A DNA stretch of 63,934 nt, filler included, from Collodictyon triciliatum (lineage: Eukaryota), in the NCBI GenBank assembly GCA_043381765.1. It is 4 parts of 4 records of this genome, joined end to end, with 100 filler letters (N's around TTAATTAATTAA, not from the genome) between each part and the next. Parts side by side here need not be neighbours in the genome. Positions count along the whole stretch, not along the records: positions 43,064 to 61,206 come from JBHJMP010001203.1; positions 61,307 to 63,934 come from JBHJMP010001331.1; 2 more parts are not named here. One strand, written 5' to 3'. Numbering within the stretch: position 1 is the first letter of the stretch; every line of letters starts with the position of its first letter. The notes under the pieces were generated by a model, which was given only the letters and a program-made list of their open reading frames with translations, did not search any database and was not told the DNA's origin. Below are positions 52,101 to 63,709 of the stretch, in pieces. A program made the translations under genes and the position numbers.

Positions 52101-55100
52101 ACCTCCCACTTTTGATTCTCTATTGACGCAAAGGTATCATTGGATGACTCCTGTATGGTCATTCTTACAGATGCCATGAAGTCTTCTCCATCCTTAAATC
52201 ACTTCCACTTGCAATGTCCAAATGTTGGAATCAAAGGCGCAACAGGGCTATCCGCTGTAATTATATATTTGATTTCCTTTTCGATTATTATTGTTGGTTT
52301 GCTGTGTGTTCATATATTCTATTTTATTTTATTTCGTTTTAGTTTTAGTTTTAGTTTTAGTTTTAGTTTTAGTTTTAGTTTTAGTTTTAGTTTTAGTTTT
52401 AGTTTTAGTTTTAGTTTTTTTGTTCTTTTTTGTTCTTTTTTGTTCTTTTTTTGTTCTTTTTTTGTTCTTTTTTTGTTCTTTTTTTGTTCTTTTTTTGTTC
52501 TTTTTTTGTTCTTTTTTGTTCTTTTTTTGTTCTTTTTTTGTTCTTTTTTTGTTCTTTTTTTGTTCTTTTTTTGTTCTTTTTTTGTTCTTTTTTTGCTCTT
52601 TTTTGTGTTGTTTTGCTTTGTTTCAAATAGAAGAGAAATAAAAGTAATTGCATAAACTTGGGAGCTGCTTTTTTTTTTAATCAGACTCATGTAATGTATC
52701 TACTTATTTTCTTTTTCTTTTTTGGAGATTTTAAGAGACGCTAAGGAACCATCACTCAACTCTCCTTCAAACAGGCACTTGGCCAAAATCCAACAATAAA
52801 AAAAGTCACAATCAGACAAGGATATGTAGGGCTCTGGCAGGTCCCTCTGGCTAGGTGGCTTACTTTCCACTCTCATATCGTCTACTTGGATCTTTGTCAC
52901 CAAGATTTGACAAATGGAGGGAAATCTCTGGATTGTATAAAGTTAGTATCTTAGTAAAATAACCAAACACGATATTTCATCTACATAGATTGAACACGAT
53001 TTATTTTGAACGAATACGCTGGGGTTGATGTTACCCCTATTTTCAGCCGTCAGTCGCTTCATTCTATGTATTCACTCCGCTCTAAACCATACAACAGGAA
53101 ACTTTCTGCCTTACTTGCTATACCCTCGTCCACCTCGAGCCTGTTTTTGAGAAATACCAACCTGGGGGTTGATGCTATATCTTTGCTGGTTGAAGGGGCC
53201 TTGAAGAACCCATTACTCGAGGAACTAGATCTTGGAGAAAACGATATAGAAAACGCCCTGCAGTACATTTTCAATCTCGTGATGTACCATCCAAAGCTAT
53301 CGATTTTACATCTCTCTGGGACCCCATTATCCTTTCAATCTGCCACGAAGCTTGGAGAGACATTATTAAAAGTATTATATGAAATATTTTTTCCGCCTTA
53401 CAGAAAATCATAAGATTATTGAATTCTAGTAAAGATATCTCTATTCCTTGATTCAAATTACCCGTTTTAATAATATATTGTTGAATAGAGTCAGGCAATC
53501 AAAGAAGTTAGACTCAGTGTTCGTTTCCCTGTCAGGGCCATAAAGTAATGTCCGACAACATCGTGAATAGACCAATATATGTTTCTTTTGTTAAATAAAT
53601 TCGGGGAATCCAGATATTTCAGGCTAATAAAATTTTTATTTGTGAACCCACAGGGAAAATACAATTACCTCAATCAACTGGTCCGAAGAAACCTTTACAG
53701 ATTCTGATGTTTGTTTATTAGCAACATTGCTTTATGGAAACAAGTCTGTTGAATGCGTTGAATTATGCAATACTGTAATCGGACAGGATGCCGGACTTCA
53801 ACTCGCAGATGTGGTCTATCAGCATCCTGGAATTAAAAAGGTATATGCAACTATTCTTCAGACGAAACAAATACAAAGCAATATTTGAACAAAAAAATAA
53901 CAATATATAATGATCCTCTCATAAAAGCTTGATTGTCTCATCATATTTATAAAACTTGTAGATTTCTATTAATCGTCAAACTGTTATCGACGTACACGGA
54001 ATCCGAAGCAATTCAATAAATCAAATAGACTTGAGGATTTCAGGCTCACAATGGGGCGATACCGATATTTTTATTGTGTGTCACCTTCTAAAGACAAACA
54101 CTTCTGTTCACCGTCTATTGACCCATCAGAGAAAATTATCTGTCACCGCAGCTTATCTTCTGCGCGACCTACTTTCAGAAAAGTATCCTAGCTCATCACA
54201 ATATTCATGCTATGATTCTAGTTCAATTTTTTTATTTATCATTATTATTTACTGTTGTTTCATTTCACTCGATGTAAATGAATCGTTATATTGTGATATC
54301 TATAGTGTACATATTGAGAACATCACGTACGGAGAAAGAGCATTGATTCCCATCACAAAATTTCTTCAAAATCGCCCGGCTGGGAAACAATATGTTAATT
54401 TCGTCGATGTCTGTGCCATTCTATCGCATTCATGTAGAATAAAATCAATTTGGTGAGTAATTCAAGCTGGTATTTATTATTTTTAAATAAATCAGGGATT
54501 CGGTAGCATCGATGCTATTGTATGGTCTGGGTTTTTGAAACAAAATCCGGCCGGGATAACTCTTCTTGACCTAAGCAACTCAGGTCTGAGGAATTTAGCT
54601 ATTAAGCTAATTTCTGTTTCTTTTTCTTTTTAAGTGTTCTTTTCTTTTAGTCTTTTAAACCCTCTATTAAGCGTAGTGCAGGAAAATAATTCAAAAGAAA
54701 TCTATCACTCTCATAAAAGTTCATATTTGAATCCAAATCGACTGCGCGTGTTGCTTACTTTTTTTAAAAAAAAAACATGGTAGGAATTTCAATCCGTGAC
54801 ACTGGGGCGTTATCGATTGTGGAGGCTCTCATGATAAATAAACAGATCAGAACTTTGGATCTGTCATGTAACCAATACTTAGTCCTTTCTAAAAAGAAAA
54901 AAAAAAGAAAATAGCCTGGGTTACTTACGTGCCATCAGATTCTAAATATATTTCTTTTATACTTTATTCTTTGTTGAATTTAGGCAATACTACACCTTCT
55001 TCGAACTTAATAAATCTCATCTATGTTAACAAACGTAGGTAATGGTCTGACCGACAAAAGTGGTGTGGCAATAGCACTTGTGCTTTTGTCCAATATGTTC

Positions 55101-57072
55101 GTGACTGACTTAAATCTATCATGTACGAGTTGGTCTATGCTGCGATTACATTTTCCAATAATACAATGTGTTCTTTCCATAACCCAAGGAATTTAATAAT
55201 CCCATCTTTTCTCTTTTCAGTCAATTGCTTGGGTGAGTTGACTGCCGAGGCACTAGCTTCAAGCCTTAAGTCTAATAGCACATTGAAGATTCTCGACTTA
55301 TCTTGTAAAATCTAATTGCTAACTTTATGAACAAATATATTAAATAATGTATACTTCAATTATTATTTTAAAAAAAAACATATGTTGTTAGTCATATAGA
55401 AAACCATGCTCATTGTCAGTGATTCTAATTTTTGTCTAAAAATAAAAAAAAATAATACGACAAAGTCAATTTTATGGATGACACCTGTATGGCTCATCTT
55501 GGAAATGCTATCGGTGGCCATAAAGCCATTGAGCTACTTGATATGCGAGGTTCTTAATATTTGTGGAGTATAAGAAACATGAAAAATTAAAGAAATAAAA
55601 AAATGTCAAAGCTATTTTGTACGAATCCGGTTCGAGTAGTAGCAATACATAAAATAATAGTCAATCGTGTATTTTTCCATTATAAACCTGAATTTGTCCA
55701 TCACTTAATGACAAAAAATATAACAAAATCAGGCAACCATATTGGCGAAAAAGGAGCTATTTTCATAGCATCTATGTTGAAACAAAATCAGACACTACAG
55801 TCTCTCTCGCTTGCTGGTGCGTTCAAAAGATGAATTGCAACCTTGCCTTTCCCTTGATCGATTGCTATCATATCAAATCAATAATTTTTTATTTAGACAA
55901 CTCTATTTCCTTCGTTTGGGAATATGATTTTAATCATCTTCGTTTGAATCCATTTGATATGAACGTATGTACCCTGCTAAGCCGAGTTACTATTTTAAGG
56001 GAACTCCATCAAAGAGAAAGGAATTGCATCCTTTGTAGATGTTTTCAGGTCAAATCATAAAATAAAGTCGCTGGATCTATCATGTATGATTTTCTTTTTT
56101 TCTCATTCTTATTTCTCCAGTGGCCTTTTTTGCAACAGATAAGAATTAGTGCGACAGAAGACACAATAGGGTTAGCAGATAATAATTGATATTTTGGTTA
56201 ACTATCTCATATAGACAACAAGCTTGGTGATAAAGGATTTACTATGCTGATGGAATCAATTCGCTATAATCATGGAATAGAAGTCTTAGACCTTGAATGT
56301 ATTCATAACATTAATATTACCGTTTCCATTATTGTAACCTCTTTTTTTTTTTTTTAGAATGTGTTGTGACATCTTTAACCATAGGAACCTCTACATTATT
56401 CTTCTTATCTCTATTATTATTGTTTTTTTTATTCTTCCTTTCAATTTTGTGCAGGATAGGATATGTTGGCTTTGGTTCGCTAGCCATAGTCTATTATTTG
56501 GATGAAACGCTTTCATATCTTTATATTTTCACAGGCAATAACATAACCGACAAAGCTAGTCCGTTTTTGTTTACGATGATTCAAGAAAATCGCACTCTTC
56601 GCGCGCTGAACATATCATGTGAGATATCTGCTTTCCTCAATAATGAATCACAGTTTTAACTCTTTCTTTATGGCCTTTTGAAATTTATATCACGGAAGTC
56701 AACACGCACAAAAGGGTTTAAAATTTTCATTAAACAGAGGATTTAAATATTTTTCAAATATCTCAGGGAACAAATTTACTCCGAGAACCTTTCTTTTATT
56801 TCAGACTGCCCTATCAAAAGGTGGACTCGCTTGCTTATCCACCCTTTTATTGGAAGGTTCGTTTGTTTTTAGTTTTGTCCTTTAAATCTTTGTGCTATCC
56901 CTCCTTTTTTTCCTTTTTTTTCATAAAGTTCGTGATAAAATATCTACCCCATCCATCACTTATCATTTATTTGGTAATTTATTTATTGATTAATCAACTT
57001 GGAAGAAAAAAAAAAGAAAAAAGTTGATGACATGAAGGTGACCAACTCGGGATGATAACACCACTGCATTGA
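43140..57072 (+). CDS. 5'-truncated DUF4062-like + NACHT-type P-loop NTPase + RI-like LRR protein (NLR-like), many exons
   Basis: N-terminal DTLSEREEFRSVVLPRLRDRC..ECDIRYGV and FFVSFIGQKYGWIP resemble TEP1/NPHP3/NWD proteins. Walker A IIGDVG|AGKS is split by an intron near 45326-45465, and Walker B is TLYIVDGADQ, followed by LSWIP..VRFIVT. The C-terminus has 28-aa LRRs such as GNHIGEKGAIFIASMLKQNQTLQSLSLA. Putative stop is TGA 57070-57072. Exons between about 47000 and 51600 are less certain. Confidence 0.78.
46463..46515 (+). mobile_element. Short poly(A)-tailed retroposon insertion, copy 1 (intronic)
   Basis: CCAAAGCCAACATCTTCACCATCCTGCACAAAATTGAAAGGAAGAAT(A)n flanked by the 17-bp direct repeat ATTGCTATATTGGATAA (46446-46462 and 46516-46532). 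Confidence 0.9.
47738..47840. repeat. (CTTTTT)n intronic pyrimidine tract
   Basis: Directly visible. Confidence 0.9.
50162..50260. repeat. (TTTG)n microsatellite, intronic
   Basis: About 24 copies, two of them TATG variants. Confidence 0.95.
52337..52605. repeat. (TTTTAG)n followed by (GTTCTTTTTTT)n, intronic
   Basis: Directly visible compound array. Confidence 0.95.
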
Positions 57073-57252
57073 AATAGGTATCTCTGGGGTCTCTGAGCAC
57101 GAATTGTCTGAGTTGTACCATAAGCTGAAACACCTTGCGCACAAAAAATAAGTATGGTTGAATGTACAACTTCTTAACTGCCTATTAGTCTTTCTTTTCT
57201 TTTTCTTTTCTCTTTAATGATGAATGACTAAACTTCTATCTTAAATAAAATT

Positions 57253-57307
57253 AGCCAACATCTTCACCATCCTGCACAAAATTGAAAGGAAGAATAAAAA
57301 AAAAAAA
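57253..57307 (+). mobile_element. Short poly(A)-tailed retroposon insertion, copy 2 (intergenic or 3' UTR)
   Basis: AGCCAACATCTTCACCATCCTGCACAAAATTGAAAGGAAGAAT(A)n, identical core to copy 1, flanked by the 15-bp direct repeat ATCTTAAATAAAATT (57238-57252 and 57308-57322). Confidence 0.9.
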
Positions 57308-57602
57308 ATCTTAAATAAAATTTCTTGAAGAGTAAATCTAGTCTAACAATTTATTGAATCTATCAGAGCTACTCATTTTTCTACATCCTTAAAATGGTAC
57401 TACTCAAAACCTCATAAATATTAGGTGGTCAAAATTGATGAATCTGGCCCTTCTGGGGAAAAAAATAAATACAATAAAGATGCAGTAACTTTAAGAAAAA
57501 GTCTAATTATCAGAATGATTAATGATAGAAAGGAAGCGAAAAAAAATTAAGAAGGTATTTTGGAGGAAGAAATGCAGCCAAAAATGCAACAGATTCTCTC
57601 CT

Positions 57603-60600
57603 CTAATGGTCCGAGTCGGAAAAAAATAGTTTCAGGTCCTCGATTTTGAATTGGTGGCTGTCCGAATCACGCACACTCAATGCATTTTTCGCGATAGCTG
57701 CTTTGTTTTGCTGTAGATGCAAGATTTTCTCCTCGATGCTTTTCTAACAAAGTTTTCATTTTGATTCATGCCACAATCCCGCCAAGAATACGAGTTTTAG
57801 CACGAAAAGAATATAAAGAAAATTATTATTTTTTTACATGCGCTGAAGAAGAGTAAGAAATCCACACACCTCGATGATGAATCGCGTTACTACTACTGGT
57901 CGAGTTTGGTTGACGCGATGTACTCTATCAATTGCTTGTTCCTCTGTAGCAGCTGGTTATATTTACCAATTTTGAGTGTGAGGTACTAGTGACTTGAACT
58001 ACGTTATATATATTATGATTGAAAATTAAAAAAAAAAAAAAACACTGGAGCAAACAGCCTCGTTATACAATACTAAGAATATCTGACTCACCTCCATAAA
58101 TTTATCGAATCGAGAACAAGTAAGAAACCCAACGAATGAGGTATGAAAAAAAAAAAGGAGAACGACGAAATGAAATGAGACTTACGATTCCACCACGGGT
58201 CCATCAAGAAAACACGTGAAGCTTCTGCAAGATTGAGTCCGACTCCTCCGGCTTTCAACGAAATCAGCATCACCCTAGGACAAAAGTCAGCTACCTCAAC
58301 TCTCAACATGAATGAATTTTATGTGCTTGCGAGAATGATTTGGAGGCACCTCACAGATGGATCTGCCTTGAAATGTTTAATTGCTTGGTCTCTTTGGTGA
58401 GAAGACATTCTGCCGTCCAGTCTTTGAAACTTTATCAAACTTTTCGTCATCACATTTCCTATTAAATCCAGCTTGAAGGAAATACGGATTAGGGGAAATA
58501 CTTGGTTATCACTGTTGTCTTTTGAAGTTTCTTTGTGTACTTGGTGGTGTCGAACCTCAGGAAGCTATTAGAACTGAGAGACAGATACAAATACTACTCG
58601 AAATGAATACTGTTAACTAGGTTTAAAATTTATACCATTCCAGTCCATTGCGAAAACACAATAGATTTTGTGGTGGGATCAATTTTCCATGTATCATAAA
58701 GCTCTTTCATTAAAGCTTGGGTTTTTGTGCTTGATTCGCATATGTGATCCATCTGTAGTCAATAAGTGCGTTCACATTACCAATAAGTAAATAAAAAAGA
58801 AAAAAAGGATGTACTTGCGTAGCATTTGAAGCATTTGAATGCAAACAAACAAAAATCATGCTATTTCTCGTGCCATATAATTTTGTGTCATTTTATGTAG
58901 ACAGAAATATAAACAGACCCGTGTCTCCATTTGTTGGCTAGCCTTGACTGGTGTAATCGCTGTACGATCGAATGGATAGAGCACGATTCAGTAGGTATTT
59001 CATTTAAATTATACTTCAATTTGTTGATTCGTTGAGTCCAACTCGAAAATTTTTGGATGAGAATAAAATGCAATACTTGAAAATAATCATGTATCTAATG
59101 AGTGATGTATATTTATGATTGATTACATGACCATGGAAGTTTGCAAATAAGGCAGATTTCTAGTGTTTTGCCGATCCAAAAAAGAATTAAAAAGTGTAAT
59201 GCCATAAATTAAAACTTAAAAAATGCAAATAGCAAATTTATTTCTACTATGGATCAGTAACATGAAGTTTGATATGTGATGTTCGGACAGGTGAGAACCT
59301 TGGTCACACAATTCGATGCATTCTAGACAAAAAGTATGCTTGCATGAGGGCATGTACCCACACTCGACTGTGTCTATGCATAAAGCACACCTGATGTTAT
59401 CTACAAGTAACTCGTCCGCTTCGAGATTCTCGAATGATGACGACACTGCCTAATGGGTTGCATATCTGATCATTCACTTCTTGTTTAACTTGAGCATTTA
59501 TTATAAAAAAAATAACAAATGGTTAACTTTGGATAGGTTTCGAATTGTATATTTCCTTTTTGCTCTCTTGGTTCTATGCAATAAAAGTTCATTATCTTAT
59601 AAATATGAAAAGCTATGAAACCTGAAAAGAATCTGAAGTGGGTAATATCGGAGTTCTTGCATGCATTTGTGTCGGTTTATCGCGGTCAAGGAGGCCAGAA
59701 ACAGGGAGGTTTCGACAGAGATTGGGATGGTCGCATGCTTGTCTTAAACGTAGAAGTAAATCCAAGATAAGGTTGTAGTTTTTGTAGACAGAATTTGACT
59801 GCATAATTAGAAGAAAAAGGCGGATATTAATTTATTTGAATTGGAAGCACAAATAAAATTACATTTGTTCTAGTAAAATGATTTTTTCAATTTTCATTAC
59901 AAAGTAAATTTGAAAATATACAAAAAGCAAGATTTTTTGAGCATATAGTTGAGAGAAACAAATATGAGGAAATATAAGTCGTTGGCTGTTACCTCAACCA
60001 TGGATTTGAATCTAAGTTTGGACTCCTTCCATAATGAATCATAAACCTTCTTCTCAAACTCTTGGAATTGAAGCTTTCTTATGTGAACCTGACAAAAAAA
60101 ATAATAAGGATATGACATCGTTACCTTTTTTTTTTTCAGTTGCTGGTGGAAAAATCTCCAAAAAGAAAAAAAAGAGTTATGTTTTAACTAGAGGTAATAT
60201 ACAATGAGCGGTAAACTTTGCTTACAACTTTAGGTGCCATCTTTATGATTTCTGTATCTTCAACTTTTTGATCTTTAGTTCTTCTCAGGAGAATAGGCTG
60301 CAGTAGCAACTAGTTCATTAAACAAATGTAAAAATTTATTCAGGTGAAGAGATACTTCTTTCAACTAAAATCCATATGCAGGCTATTCTTGGTCTGTAAA
60401 GATTAATAGAATTGATATACTTGCAAAGCTCGAAAGTTAATCGTTCCAGCAGAGCGAAGTGGTTTTACAATATATTGGATCCAGTATTCGTGACGTCCTG
60501 TGGTTTATTTCAGAGTAATAGCAGGTAAATTACAAAATTTTAGATCATATCTTTTCGATAGTTTTTTCCCCATATTACATCTATCTGTAAAATCTACTCA

Positions 60601-61019
60601 CCGAATGGCTCTACTCTGAGAAATTTTAGTAAGCTATAGAGATCATCAACCTTATTTTGCACCGGTGTACCTTTTGATTGCACGTTGAGTTCATGAGAAC
60701 AGTTTCCAATCATGAAATCAGAGGCACACAAAAAATTGAAGAGGAAAAAGAAAAAAAATGTACCTGTTAAGCACCATCGAAAAGTGGCATGCAAACCACA
60801 AGTGGCTCTGGCACATCTAGTGGTGTGATCCTTTATGATGTGGCACTCATCGAGAATAACTCGGTACCACCTTTAAACCCAAATATAAATTAATATATGA
60901 AAAGAAGCAAAGGGACAATTATATTATATGTAAATGAAATAAATGATTTATTTCATGTGGTGGCTCTTTTAATGTTTTAAATATACTTCAATTTTAGTAA
61001 CGGAGAATGTTGCTGGCTT
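57603..61019 (-). CDS. 5'-truncated SNF2-family ATPase with RING finger (RAD5/RAD16/HLTF-like)
   Basis: Contains [48 protein letters not shown], a C3HC4 RING ([17 protein letters not shown]), [52 protein letters not shown] and [17 protein letters not shown]. Stop is TAG 57605-57603. Confidence 0.93.
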
Positions 61020-61206
61020 CTGATTGATTATTTGTTTTTTAAAAAAAAATTAACATTTAAAACTGAAAACGAAGAAATTTATTATGCATCGTCACCAGTA
61101 TGCATTATTGACAAGCAAAAAAAAAAAAAAAAAAAAAAAGGGAAAGAAAGAAAATAAAAAAATAAAAAAAATAAAAAGGAATAAAAAACAAAATTATTAC
61201 ACAAAC

Positions 61207-61306
61207 NNNNNNNNNNNNNNNNNNNNNNNNNNNNNNNNNNNNNNNNNNNNTTAATTAATTAANNNNNNNNNNNNNNNNNNNNNNNNNNNNNNNNNNNNNN
61301 NNNNNN
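61207..61306. other. Artificial contig join (44 N + TTAATTAATTAA + 44 N)
   Basis: Same structure as the other two joins. Confidence 0.97.
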
Positions 61307-61735
61307 CGAACCTCACTTCTCTTTTCACCATCCTTTTCGACAGCTTGCGCCATCAAAGCAGTATTCCCCCTCCTCCATCCAATCAATATCACCCGTCCCT
61401 TTTTTCTCATACTCGCGGGACACTATCACGCGTCCCCAAAAGAAATCCATGCGTCTCTTATCAAGCCTCAAGGACATCTCTTTTCCCTTTTTTCTTTTAT
61501 CTTTATCCCTGTTTTTCTTTTCTATCTCCCACACATCCCCACCTACTTTGGAACTACTTGCCTGATGGCTAATTGAAAGATTGTTGAGACGGGCTCAACA
61601 GCTAAGATTTTTAGAATAAAAAGAAAAAAAGGTTTAGAGGTTCCCTGTGGAATCTTTAACTCTATATCATAAAGTTAAAAATTCCACTTTGGATGTGGGA
61701 AACCTCAGCCACAGAGGAAATTGTGAAATCCGAAT

Positions 61736-61805
61736 AGAAGGTTCCAGAAGGTTCTATAGGTTCTAGAAGGCCTCCTTGATTTGACATTAGCCCATAGAAC
61801 ATTCG
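61736..61805. promoter_or_regulatory. Heat-shock element (HSF-type inverted nGAAn array) upstream of the NmrA-like gene
   Basis: aGAAg-gTTCc-aGAAg-gTTCt at 61736-61755, then gTTCt-aGAAg at 61760-61769 and aGAAc-aTTCg at 61796-61805. Confidence 0.65.
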
Positions 61806-62144
61806 ATCCGTTTATAATGAGATATTTTCACAAGGTTACTTAAACTCAACGTGGGTTTGGTGACATAATTCATAGCAAACAGACGACAGGAGCGAAGATA
61901 GGTAGGATGATCAAGGACAAACAATTACACACAAGAGAATTGGCATACAAAGATCTGTTTGACATGCTGCGACAACGGATCACCCCTGCACAGCGCTGTG
62001 TTGGATCGTTGTAACATTACATCCTCCCCCACCAGCTCCTTTCATCAAAATACATTGCGATGAATAGAATCTTGCAGTAAATTTGCAGATCTGACAGAAA
62101 CCTTAAAAGCCCCCACACCAGCCGCGCAACAAGCAAGCAAGCAA

Positions 62145-63358
62145 ATGTCTGAGAAGCCCGTCGTCGTTGTCATTGGTGCTACAGGAAAGCAGGGTGGTGC
62201 TGTAGTCCGCGCCCTTCTGAAGTCCGGAAAATACTCGGTGCGAGTTTACCGCATACCAACTGCAGACAAAGATACACTAGAACATTGCACCAGAACCTCA
62301 AAATAAAAAAAAAACTGTGCTTAAAATTTTGATCCCACAGGTCCGCGCTGTCACACGCAAAGTGAGCTCAGAGTCAAGCAAGGCTCTTGTAGCCCAGGGT
62401 GTTGAAGTAGTTTCGGCAAACATCGATGAGAAAGAGACACTGTCTGCTGCGTTTGCCGGTAACTAGTTAACGCTCTACCAAACCACTTCCTACCATCAAA
62501 GACGAAAAAACTATCTTTACACATGCCTTCACACCTCCATCTTTACCACATATATCTCCAGGCGCATATGGTGCTTTCTTTGTGACAAATTACTGGGAAT
62601 ACTTCAATGTCGAGCGAGAGATTCAACAAGGAAAGAATCTCGGGGACGCAGCAAAGGAAGCTGGTCTGAAGCATGTCGTCTGGAGCACACTAGAGAATGT
62701 TACCAACGCGGTCGGTGAGAAAATGAAGAAGATTGGAAACTGGGCTGTTCCTCACTTTGATGGGAAAGCAATAATCACAGAATACTACAAATCCATCGGC
62801 CTCCCCATCACAGAGTTGTATACATCCTTTTACTATGACAACTTTATCGACTTGACTCCACCTCTCAAGGGCGAGGACGGAAACTACTACATCTACTTCA
62901 ACATGGGCAGCACTCCTATGTCTGCCATATCCATCGCTGACATCGGCAAAGCTGTCGCGGCTGTAAGAGGACTTTCACAAATGACACCTGTTTCGATTTG
63001 TTTTTTGTGATCTAAACCTTTGTCTAAAAATTAACGTGTTGTTAATCAGATTCTCGAAACCCCCGATTCGATCGGCCAGAAAGTCTTGGGAGCCGGGGAT
63101 GTCATCCCTCTCTCCGAGTACGCAAATTTATTAAGTGGAATAATTGGAAAGCCCGTGCACTACCAGGCTCTCCCCACCGAAGCAGTGGCAGCATTTGGCT
63201 TCCCCGGTGCAGAGGAATTTGCCAACATGTTAGAGTACAATCGAGACTTCCCCCAGTATGCCTTTCGCGATGTTCAAGCAACAAAGAGGTTTGTCCCAGA
63301 TCTCCAATCGTTCGATCAATGGCTGGCAGAGAACAAAGGCGCGTTCGCTCGATTCTAG
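62145..63358 (+). CDS. NmrA-like NAD(P)-binding Rossmann-fold protein (NMRAL1/HSCARG family), 4 exons
   Basis: Contains VVVIGATGKQGGAVVRALL, VRAVTR, GAYGAFFVTNYWE, QGKNLGDAAKEAGLKHVVWSTLE, VPHFDGKA and FPGAEEFANM. Stop is TAG 63356-63358. Confidence 0.93.
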
Positions 63359-63709
63359 GCTGACACCCAACATCAGCATCTTGCCCAAATAACCACATGA
63401 GCCGTGTCAAAAAATGTGCATACTCTTTTGCACTAGTACTCACTGAACTGTTTCTCTTTATCCTGTTATTGACTGGGCTTCGTACAGAACCTCGACACGC
63501 AGTTCATTTTCATCAACCCTATCCCAACCCTATCCCAACCCTAGTACAAAATCTCTTCTCTTGAATCAAACAAAGAAGGGAAAATAAACCATATAAACCC
63601 CTATCCTAGTCCTATCGTAAACCTGTTCAAAAAAATTAATGTTATACGGTCATTCAACGACAACCTGCAGTAGTTTTCTAGTTTGTCCTCAGGGTTTCTA
63701 GAAGTAGTA

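Noticed and set aside
52337-52396. (TTTTAG)n as telomere repeat or functional acceptors
   Set aside because: It lacks a G-run and is intronic, and the next in-frame exon begins near 52774.
63514-63545. CAACCCTATCC repeats as telomeric sequence
   Set aside because: Only about 2.5 copies of an 11-mer at an internal position.
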